From Bacteroidaceae bacterium (GTDB lineage Bacteria > Bacteroidota > Bacteroidia > Bacteroidales > Bacteroidaceae), in contig JAFRQD010000048.1 of assembly GCA_017428785.1 (NCBI GenBank), positions 56,358 through 120,357 on the forward strand: 64,000 nucleotides of DNA, in the 5' to 3' direction. Shown here in pieces: positions 23,875-31,082 of the stretch (positions within the stretch are counted from its first letter, which is position 1; each line of letters starts with the position of its first letter). The notes below the pieces were generated by a model. It was not told the origin of the DNA and did no database searches. It was given only the letters and a program-made list of their open reading frames with translations. The translations under genes and the position numbers were made by a program.

Positions 23875-24041
23875 CAAAGGTACGGATAAGCGAGCACAAT
23901 ACAAAAGGAAAACCAAAGTTTTTCTTTTTATTGTCGAGCAGAAGTACCTTCGAGCGCAGTCTCAAAGGTACGGATAAGCGAGCACAATACAAAAGGAAAA
24001 CGAAAGTTTTTCTTTTTATTGTCGAGCAGAAGTACCTTCGA
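23875..24041. repeat. Tandem duplication (two 79-nt copies, period 88) that includes a minus-strand TACCTTTG -7 box
   Basis: 23875-23953 and 23963-24041 differ at one position that I could see (aaaacc vs aaaacg). Confidence 0.9.
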
Positions 24042-24173
24042 CGAATTTCAAGGGTACAAAAACTTTCATTGGTGTCCGGTAAAAATATTTCATCATCTCT
24101 TGCACCCTCCTAACCATCGGCATTTAGAGCAAAATATGATTGGCAGGGGCTTGGGACGCCCCAAAGGGGCAGA

Positions 24174-24329
24174 AAGATGTCAGCCCAGGGCAGCGCCCTG
24201 GGTTTGTGGCGCAACAGTAGAATGCGCCCTAAAGGGGCAAAAGATTTGTGTTTTAGTGCTTTTGCTCTTACAGAGCGTCATTTGCCGCGGCATTTCAATA
24301 CCCAGGGCGATGCCCTGGGCTGACATCTT
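24174..24329. mobile_element. MITE-like palindromic element with 17-bp perfect terminal inverted repeats
   Basis: aagatgtcagcccaggg (24174-24190) is the exact reverse complement of ccctgggctgacatctt (24313-24329). Each arm also carries the local palindrome cccagggc..gccctggg. There is no ORF of its own. Confidence 0.6.
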
Positions 24330-24548
24330 AACGGCCCTACAGGCCGAATTCACCGGACAGCAATAAAAAACTTTAGTTCACAATTCATATCTCACTATAC
24401 ATATTTTCTTTTCTTATTACACCAAATTTTTATTCCTCCCTCCCTGCCGAAACTCTTCCGGCGAGCCGTAAAGGCGGATTTGGCGGCCTGAATCGCCCCT
24501 TCCCGGCAGTCGCGCCACAAAACCCCGCAGGCGGCGTTCATTGATTTA

Positions 24549-24606
24549 TCATGATGCAGCAATTGATTATTCATGATGCAGCAATTGAATCATCATGATG
24601 CAGCAA
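24549..24606. repeat. Three CATGATGCAGCAA copies at 22-23 bp spacing
   Basis: The copies start at 24549, 24572 and 24594. Confidence 0.85.
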
Positions 24607-24700
24607 CGAACACAGCACGCCATCTTTTGCAACGCACCCTGCGAAATGGACGCATTCCCCGTCCCAAATCAGGCATCGCCGACGGGAAGGACACCAATGA

Positions 24701-24748
24701 CAAAAAGAAGAGCGGCCCGCCTGACTGTCTTGTCAAGCGGGCCGCTCT
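24701..24748 (-). terminator. Intrinsic terminator after small peptide A
   Basis: On the minus strand: agagcggcccgc-loop-gcgggccgctct followed by a T-rich tail. The stem is homologous to the terminator at 26878-26922. Confidence 0.7.
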
Positions 24749-24813
24749 GTGTCTCCCTACCCCTCTAAGGGAAGAGGCAGGGGCGATTTATCACATAGAG
24801 CGAGGCTCTGAGA

Positions 24814-24990
24814 TTACCATTCCTCGTCCCAGATGTTCTTGCTGTCGGCACTTTCCTTGGCCATACCAGTTGAACCTCCAGGGATTGGATTGTCATCGTT
24901 ATCATTCAACTGTCCATCGGAGGCTGCGATGATGCTGCACATAGAGAGGGTGACAGTGAGTGTCTCGGGAATAATATATGTCTTTTTCAT
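24814..24990 (-). CDS. Small acidic peptide A (58 aa), MKKTYIIPE...NIWDEEW family
   Basis: MKKTYIIPETLTVTLSMCSIIAASDGQLNDNDDNPIPGGSTGMAKESADSKNIWDEEW. It starts ~40 nt downstream of T9SS cargo A and has three paralogues in the window. Confidence 0.6.
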   Translation of the reverse strand: MKKTYIIPETLTVTLSMCSIIAASDGQLNDNDDNPIPGGSTGMAKESADSKNIWDEEW

Positions 24991-25031
24991 TGTCTTATGC
25001 AAATTATAATTTAAGAGAAAAGATTTTAGAA

Positions 25032-26690
25032 TTAGAAGAGAACCTTCTTACCGTTCACGATGTTGATGCCCTTCTGCATCTTCTGGAGGCGCTGGCCTGC
25101 AAGGTTGTAGATAGCACCACCTTCAGCAGCATTGTGGATTGCCTCAATGCCTGTAGCATTCTCGTCAAAGACGAAGCTCTTCACATTGACATCGCTATCG
25201 ATAACGACATAAGCGCGATCCATAGCCACTGTGCTCTCATTAGCTCTGTAGAAGCCAATGTTATGAGTAGCATCTGCATAAAGAATGAAGACCTTGTTTG
25301 TTGCACTGTAGGTTAATATTACACTCGAGCCCTGACCGCGACGAAGGACATTGGTAGCAGGCACCTCATCGGGTGTTTCTGTAGTGACGGGAATTTCAAC
25401 CTCGCCATTGGTGCCACCTGCCTTAACAAGAACTACAGGAACTCCAGCGCCAACGATGTTAATGGGATTATACACGAGTCTGGTGCCGTCCAAAGTCAGA
25501 TAAGAAACCTGAATGCCAGAGTTTGTGAAGTCGAGCGCTCTGTCGCAGCAGAATGTTGCATAGCCGTAGCTGCTTACAGACACCTTAATCAGAGAAGCGA
25601 GCGTCGTCAAATCGATGTCGTCGATGGCGGCATAGCTGCCACTGTTAGCGCTGCAAGAAATGCGGACATACACATCAGAATATTCGCCCAGGTTGACTTC
25701 AACCTTTTGGTAGCTTGTGCCGGTAATGCTCTTTGAGGTTACAGCATCACCCCAGTTAGTGCCATCGGAAGAAACATTGACAGACCAGGTAGCTGTGGCA
25801 TCTGCACCACCTCTTGCATAGAAGGTGAGAGTGCCAGGACTGGTGATTTTCGTTGTGGTTGTGATTGTAGAGCCATTGTGTGCACGGCCACAATTTTCGC
25901 CAGCATGATAAATGTAGTTTGACTGTTCAACGCCGCTGAATACCCAGCTTTCCTCATAACTGGTCAAAGCGCTTTCGAAGTCAACCTTATATTCAGGAGA
26001 AACCGAACTACGATCGAAGTTGATGGTCACCTTAACTGTTGTGCCTTCAGCTGCTTCGGTCACAGCAAATTCGTTGCCATTCTGGGTTACGGTAGCTGTA
26101 CCTTCCGTCACAGTATAAGCAGGCTCTGCAAAGACATAGCCCATAGTCGGCTTGGCTGTGATGACATTGCCCACAACAGACTGGATTGTTCCCCAACCCT
26201 CTTCGTTTACTTCAGCTGTAACTGTATAGGGGAAAACGGGAGCGGTGTAAGTGACTGTGACAGATTGAATCGTGAGGTTTGTATAAGTATAATCATGGGA
26301 AAAAGCCACAGACTCACAATCCAAGCCAGAAACTGTGATAGTCTTCGATGAACTCAGATTTTGATTACTTCCATTGTCCACTGAATAATGCCAAGCATGA
26401 GCATCACTTGCAACAAACTCAATGGAATGGATCTTTGAACCATAGGTCAGAGCCTCTGCTGTCAAAGAGACAGTAAACTTGTCACTTGATGCGGGTACTG
26501 TTATAGCATGACCGCTCAAAGCACCTGTCGTTGAATAAGTGACGAAGGGGTCCACTTTTCCACTGGCAGCAGTGAATTTAGTGAGGGTAGCTGTAACATC
26601 TTCTGCCCAAGCTGTGCCTGCAAAGGCTGTAGTCATAACGGCTACGAGCATGCAGACGCGCAGCCATACCTTGTTAAATACTTGTTTCAT
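25032..26690 (-). CDS. T9SS cargo protein A (552 aa) with a C-terminal sorting domain
   Basis: The signal peptide MKQVFNKVWLRVCMLVAVMTTAFAGTAWA is nearly identical to that of cargo C. The C-terminus GGAIYNLAGQRLQKMQKGINIVNGKKVLF fits the Por_Secre_tail/CTD pattern. A shared pre-CTD module begins at SSYGYATFCCDRALDFT. Confidence 0.7.
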   Translation of the reverse strand: MKQVFNKVWLRVCMLVAVMTTAFAGTAWAEDVTATLTKFTAASGKVDPFVTYSTTGALSGHAITVPASSDKFTVSLTAEALTYGSKIHSIEFVASDAHAWHYSVDNGSNQNLSSSKTITVSGLDCESVAFSHDYTYTNLTIQSVTVTYTAPVFPYTVTAEVNEEGWGTIQSVVGNVITAKPTMGYVFAEPAYTVTEGTATVTQNGNEFAVTEAAEGTTVKVTINFDRSSVSPEYKVDFESALTSYEESWVFSGVEQSNYIYHAGENCGRAHNGSTITTTTKITSPGTLTFYARGGADATATWSVNVSSDGTNWGDAVTSKSITGTSYQKVEVNLGEYSDVYVRISCSANSGSYAAIDDIDLTTLASLIKVSVSSYGYATFCCDRALDFTNSGIQVSYLTLDGTRLVYNPINIVGAGVPVVLVKAGGTNGEVEIPVTTETPDEVPATNVLRRGQGSSVILTYSATNKVFILYADATHNIGFYRANESTVAMDRAYVVIDSDVNVKSFVFDENATGIEAIHNAAEGGAIYNLAGQRLQKMQKGINIVNGKKVLF

Positions 26691-26804
26691 ACCAATAAAA
26701 CTTAAAAAATTGCTTTGGTTAATACTGTTTATTTTGTTATTTCGAATTGCAGATAATCAAGACACTTCTTGGCTTATATCTATAAGTCTTCTACAAAACG
26801 GGCG

Positions 26805-26812
26805 CAAAGGTA
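26805..26812 (-). promoter_or_regulatory. -7 box TACCTTTG for cargo A
   Basis: The plus strand reads caaaggta, ~115 nt upstream of the ATG at 26690. Confidence 0.5.
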
Positions 26813-26877
26813 TGACATTTTTAGCAAGCAGCAAAGGGATATTCCATATTTCTGTATATAGATGCAAATAAAGTACA

Positions 26878-26922
26878 ACAAAAAAGCAGCCCGCCTGACA
26901 AAAAATGTCAAGCGGGCTGCTC
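26878..26922 (-). terminator. Intrinsic terminator after small peptide B
   Basis: On the minus strand: agcagcccgcttgac-loop-gtcaggcgggctgct followed by tttttt. Confidence 0.75.
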
Positions 26923-26972
26923 TATATTGACTTGCCCCTCTAAAGGAGGAGGCAAAGCTGAGGTATTACCTA

Positions 26973-27140
26973 TTACCACTCTTCGTTCCAGACATTCTTG
27001 TCGGAAGCGCTTTTGACTTCAACATTTGCTGCGTCAACAGAGCCGGTGGTGTCGACGGTCACATTGGGCGAAGCGGCCAGCACCTTATGTGCTCCAAGCC
27101 TTATCTCTTCCGATGCTGGTATGATATATGACTTCTTCAT
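26973..27140 (-). CDS. Small acidic peptide B (55 aa), same family
   Basis: My own translation reads MKKSYIIPASEEIRLGAHKVLAASPNVTVDTTGSVDAANVEVKSASDKNVWNEEW. Its ATG overlaps the TGA of cargo B (ATGA). It is below the ORF-track length cutoff. Confidence 0.6.
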   Translation of the reverse strand: MKKSYIIPASEEIRLGAHKVLAASPNVTVDTTGSVDAANVEVKSASDKNVWNEEW

Positions 27141-29752
27141 CTCCTGAGCACTTTTTTACCGTTCACGATATTGATGCCGCGCTGCAACTTCTGGAGGCGC
27201 TGACCGGCGAGGTTGTAGATAACTCCGTTGTCTGTTGTCTGTTGTCCGTTGTCAATGGTCTCAATGCCAGTCGCGTCATCATCGAAGCTGAAGGCTAAGA
27301 CTTTGACATTGCTGTCGCCAATAGCGCTTGCCGGAAGCAGAGCTTTGCCCTTGGGCGCTGTGCCTGGGTTGACCTTGACAAAGGTCTGGCCGCTAAGACC
27401 GTAATAGGCATCTGCCTCAACATAAGTGGGAGCAAGAGTGCCTTCAAGCAGATTGCCGTCCAGCACATTGTCGCTGGCAGCAGAAGTCAACGCAATGGTA
27501 GCGCCTGGTTCGCCTTTCAGCAAGAGGCCTGTGCCTCCCTTAACCTTGCCCGTCACCTGTTCGAAGGTGATGGCTGTCCCGTTCACACCGGTTATCTGCC
27601 ATGCACTGTAGTCCTCGGCATCGGTGAAGTCAAGAGGATACTCGGAGCAATAGGTGGCATAGCCGCTCGCATTCAGGTTTGTGGTGAGACTATTCGTCGC
27701 AAAATGCACGATAATGCTGGTGATTTGAGTGTTATAAGCATTCGTCACCTGTAGAGTATAAACCGTTCCTGCACTTCGATGGGATTCATCGATGATGTAG
27801 CTATTTGTTCCCGTGGATCCTGTTGTTTCTGTGCTGACAGAAGTATTGCCTACATAGATGTTCTGCTTAACCTTAGAAGAAGCTCCCGTTCTACCAATAA
27901 CATCTATCCTTGTTACTGCCTTATCGAAAGCAGGAAGAGTCAATGTGGAGCCGCTCTTGCCAAGAATCAAATATTTATCCTGTGCATTATAGTAATAGGA
28001 GGATGAAGCAGTTAACGTAACAGTATAGCCTTGGGCATTAGTATAACTCTTGGTAGTGTTTGTTCCTGTGGTTGGCAAATCCCAGCTATTTGATGTGAAG
28101 TCCAATGTCTCCGTTGACTCGGCCACGTATGCCTCCGTCTTCCCTTCCGGTTGAGTCACCGTAAAGATAAATACACTGTTGCTTGAGTTGTAGTCAGTGC
28201 CTTCGCCATAAGTGACGCTGATGATGCATTCTCCCACAGCAACAGGCGTAACGGTAAGCCCGTCGACAGTGGCCACAGCTTCGTTGCTGCTGCTGAGTGT
28301 CACAGAGCCGTCGGTAGTAAAGTGCGTACCATTAACCAACGTGAATGATGAGCCGTAAGGAACAGTCGTAGGGGTGCTGTATGTGGTAGGGTTTATCTGT
28401 TCGGCCTCCACGAACTTGTAGAGCTGGATGGCCTTCTGACTTGTATAAGTAGAACTCTTGAAGTAACGGAAACGCTCCTGACCTGATGTGGCATTATACC
28501 TGAGATATGCGCCACCACTGCTCTTGATATTGGCATTGCCATCTCCATCAAAGGAAATAGCGTTCGTATAGCTTTGGGTTGTGCTTGAAGAAAGTCCGTT
28601 AGAATCGCTCGTGTTGCCTATATAATAGCCACTTGCACTCTTTATGGAGTAGCCTCCGCTAATTGCTGTGATGGTAAAGGCAGAGGCGTTGACCGTTGCC
28701 GATGCACTGATGGCATTGCCGGAGATAGTGACAGACTGAGTATTCTTCGTGGCATCGAGCGATGTCAGCGAACCGTCGAAGACAAGACTCCCGCCTTCAT
28801 AGACAATGAGATACTGACCGTCGGTGAGGTCGTCGGCAGAAGTAACCTTTACATAAGTGTCGCCTGCAGGTGTGTCTCCGCCTTGACCTCCGCTACTGCT
28901 GCCACCATCGTAGTTGTCGTAGCTGAAGGCCTCGTTCGTCTTGCTGCCCCAGATGTATTGTTCCAGACCAGGATAGTCGATGAAAGGATTGCGGTTGCCT
29001 TGAATGCCATAGACAGCATTGTTGCGAGCCGTCTCCTTTTGGCTTACAGGGTCATCTGCTGCCCAGGCAAGAAGCATGCTCAGCTGCCAAGCCTTTAAGC
29101 CCGGATATGTATTGCCGTCAAGCGTCGCCCTTGAATCACTGTAGTTCGAGTACCAATCGGGGAGTTTCTCCTCATAACGCGTCACCATATAAAAATATGT
29201 ACGCGCGAAGTCACCTTTGTACTCATCGTTTGGCTCGAAGACCGTGCCTGAGTATCCGCTGACAGAACAAGTGCCCAGTTTGCTGAAGCCGTTGGCTGAG
29301 GAGTAGGAGGCATTTCCCACTTCTCCGAAGGGATAGTTGTCGCGCTTGTTATTTACAAAGCCGTCGGTAGGATACATGTGGTGCAGGTCGGTGTACATCG
29401 GCCCCACCTCTCCCCCAAACCAACTCTTTGGGAACGAATGCTCGCGATTGTACTTTTGGTTTTCCCCATCGAAATTACCTGCTTGGTCTGTGCCGAACGT
29501 ATAATTGGTGATGTTGGAATACATATCCCACACCTTGCCGTCGCTGCGCTTGTCCGTGGTTCTGAATGCAGTCCAAAGATAGTCGTACGACTTTTCTATA
29601 TTCGTTTGGATGATGCCGCAGAGCGCAGTCTTCAGGGCAGCGCCCTTCTTGCCGTCGGCGTTCCTATAGTAATCGCCCGAACTGTTCGGCGCAGCAGCAA
29701 AAGTGCACATCGCCACTGCAGCCAGCAGCAAGGTCATGTAAGTTCGTTTCAT
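27137..29752 (-). CDS. T9SS-secreted extracellular nuclease (Endonuclease I family N-terminal domain plus accessory domains and CTD)
   Basis: The start at MKRTYMTLLLAAVAMCTFAAA gives a signal peptide. NREHSFPKSWF and DLHHMYPTDGFVNNKRDNYPFGEV match Endonuclease_1 motifs. The C-terminus is VIYNLAGQRLQKLQRGINIVNGKKVL. Confidence 0.7.
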   Translation of the reverse strand: MKRTYMTLLLAAVAMCTFAAAPNSSGDYYRNADGKKGAALKTALCGIIQTNIEKSYDYLWTAFRTTDKRSDGKVWDMYSNITNYTFGTDQAGNFDGENQKYNREHSFPKSWFGGEVGPMYTDLHHMYPTDGFVNNKRDNYPFGEVGNASYSSANGFSKLGTCSVSGYSGTVFEPNDEYKGDFARTYFYMVTRYEEKLPDWYSNYSDSRATLDGNTYPGLKAWQLSMLLAWAADDPVSQKETARNNAVYGIQGNRNPFIDYPGLEQYIWGSKTNEAFSYDNYDGGSSSGGQGGDTPAGDTYVKVTSADDLTDGQYLIVYEGGSLVFDGSLTSLDATKNTQSVTISGNAISASATVNASAFTITAISGGYSIKSASGYYIGNTSDSNGLSSSTTQSYTNAISFDGDGNANIKSSGGAYLRYNATSGQERFRYFKSSTYTSQKAIQLYKFVEAEQINPTTYSTPTTVPYGSSFTLVNGTHFTTDGSVTLSSSNEAVATVDGLTVTPVAVGECIISVTYGEGTDYNSSNSVFIFTVTQPEGKTEAYVAESTETLDFTSNSWDLPTTGTNTTKSYTNAQGYTVTLTASSSYYYNAQDKYLILGKSGSTLTLPAFDKAVTRIDVIGRTGASSKVKQNIYVGNTSVSTETTGSTGTNSYIIDESHRSAGTVYTLQVTNAYNTQITSIIVHFATNSLTTNLNASGYATYCSEYPLDFTDAEDYSAWQITGVNGTAITFEQVTGKVKGGTGLLLKGEPGATIALTSAASDNVLDGNLLEGTLAPTYVEADAYYGLSGQTFVKVNPGTAPKGKALLPASAIGDSNVKVLAFSFDDDATGIETIDNGQQTTDNGVIYNLAGQRLQKLQRGINIVNGKKVLRR

Positions 29753-29790
29753 AGTTAGTTTTACAAACTTTTGTATATTATCATAACAAT

Positions 29791-30411
29791 TTATTGTCTG
29801 TTGTAGTCCTCGACTGCCCATAGGATGCTGCGTTTCATTTCTTCCCACGAAACATCCTTGAACATTCGGGGCATAGGGTTCTGCTCAGCATCTTCAAAAT
29901 AAGTGAGACTTAACAGCGCACGATATTCAGAGTAATTCGGATACTTCTCCTTGTAGAAAGCAAATATCTGAGACAGACCATAATGCTGAATGAGAAAATA
30001 CATATCTACGAAATCCTTCCTCGTTCCGCGCCCAAGAATAGCGTTAACCTTCAGCGCTGCAATATCCTTTGGTGAAGCCAAGCGCAAGCCATCTTCAAGA
30101 ATCGGGTCGTCTATCCAAGGATAGCAATCATAGCTGACGAAATCAGTCTTTACGCCACAGACACGATAAGTCTTAATCTTCGCCGTGCATCTTTCAGGAA
30201 TAGTTTGCCCTATTTGTTCTAAGACGGAGGTCGTTATCTGCGTGTCTTCCTCAATAGTGCCAAAGAAATCCAAATCAATGGAACTGCGATGCCCATACTG
30301 TAAGGCCAAAGCAGTACCGCCAACCAGACGAGTCTCGGAGAACAAAGGTTCTGCCATCAGACGTCTCAGGAGTTCCAAAGTGTTGGGTTGGATTGTCTGG
30401 TACGATAGCAT
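29791..30411 (-). CDS. Nucleotidyltransferase AbiEii/AbiGii-family toxin (type IV TA)
   Basis: LVGGTALALQYGHRSSIDLDFF near the N-terminus and the ~200 aa length are typical of the DUF1814/AbiEii family in Bacteroidota. Confidence 0.65.
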   Translation of the reverse strand: MLSYQTIQPNTLELLRRLMAEPLFSETRLVGGTALALQYGHRSSIDLDFFGTIEEDTQITTSVLEQIGQTIPERCTAKIKTYRVCGVKTDFVSYDCYPWIDDPILEDGLRLASPKDIAALKVNAILGRGTRKDFVDMYFLIQHYGLSQIFAFYKEKYPNYSEYRALLSLTYFEDAEQNPMPRMFKDVSWEEMKRSILWAVEDYNRQ

Positions 30412-30740
30412 CTGTATTCTTCTTTCTTAGTATGTGATATAGCACAGATGAAAGATAGGCAAACGGGATCAAGGGTACGCAAGCCCTTACAAACCTCCAC
30501 AATTTTCGGCAGCTCGTAAATCTCATTGATAAGCTTCCAATCCTGCATCTCCCCATACTCCAGGACACGCTGAATCACATAAGCAGGATACTTGTTCAAA
30601 TCCAACTTCGACAGGTCCGCGTCCCAGAACAGATTTTCCGTGAAACGGCTCATAATGTTTTCCTCGTCGGCCTGATGCAATGCCATCTTCATTCTTTTCA
30701 AAATTGCGCTTCTCAAAACCTCATCATCGCTCCCGCCCAC
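30366..30740 (-). CDS. Putative cognate antitoxin/partner of the AbiEii-like toxin (family not confidently recognised)
   Basis: It overlaps the toxin start by 46 nt. FWDADLSKLDLNKYPAYVIQRVLEYGEMQDWKLI resembles small proteins I recall upstream of AbiEii-like genes in Bacteroidales. The start codon is uncertain. Confidence 0.45.
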   Translation of the reverse strand: MGGSDDEVLRSAILKRMKMALHQADEENIMSRFTENLFWDADLSKLDLNKYPAYVIQRVLEYGEMQDWKLINEIYELPKIVEVCKGLRTLDPVCLSFICAISHTKKEEYRCYRTRQSNPTLWNS

Positions 30741-30805
30741 TTAAGGGCAGGAGCGATGAGAGACAATTCAATACATCTTACGTCCGACATCAGACGCAAG
30801 TCTGC

Positions 30806-30985
30806 TTACCACTCCTCGTCCCAGACGCCTTTGTCGGTCGAGTTGTTCTCCTTTGTCAGGATTTGGCTTTGGTCATCGATTACTGGAGCGTCTGAATCAC
30901 TATAGACAGTCAGTGACTGAGCCATCATTTGCATTGCTACGAGCTGTATAGTCAGCGATTCGGGAATAATATATGTCTTTTTCAT
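30806..30985 (-). CDS. Small acidic peptide C (59 aa), same family
   Basis: My own translation reads MKKTYIIPESLTIQLVAMQMMAQSLTVYSDSDAPVIDDQSQILTKENNSTDKGVWDEEW. It lies ~100 nt downstream of cargo C and is below the ORF-track cutoff. Confidence 0.6.
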   Translation of the reverse strand: MKKTYIIPESLTIQLVAMQMMAQSLTVYSDSDAPVIDDQSQILTKENNSTDKGVWDEEW

Positions 30986-31082
30986 AATATATATACCTTT
31001 TTTTCTTTAAAAGTTAAGAGTTACGAAAGAAATATTCCTTCCCCAACCCCTCTTTTGAGGAGAGGGCTGGGGTGAGGCTTTT

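Noticed and set aside
24019-24366. A 115 aa plus-strand ORF spanning the palindromic element, and a 119 aa ORF at 24573-24932.
   Set aside because: The first is made entirely of repeat and palindrome sequence (MITE-like). The second overlaps the terminator and peptide A on the opposite strand. Neither has protein-like features.
24814-24990. I considered whether the WDEEW peptides are RiPP precursors, for example radical-SAM Lys-Trp crosslinked peptides, since three of them have K-x-x-W near the C-terminus.
   Set aside because: No radical-SAM, cyclase, protease or ABC-exporter gene lies anywhere near the four loci, and the K-to-W spacing differs in peptide D. I keep this only as a remote possibility.
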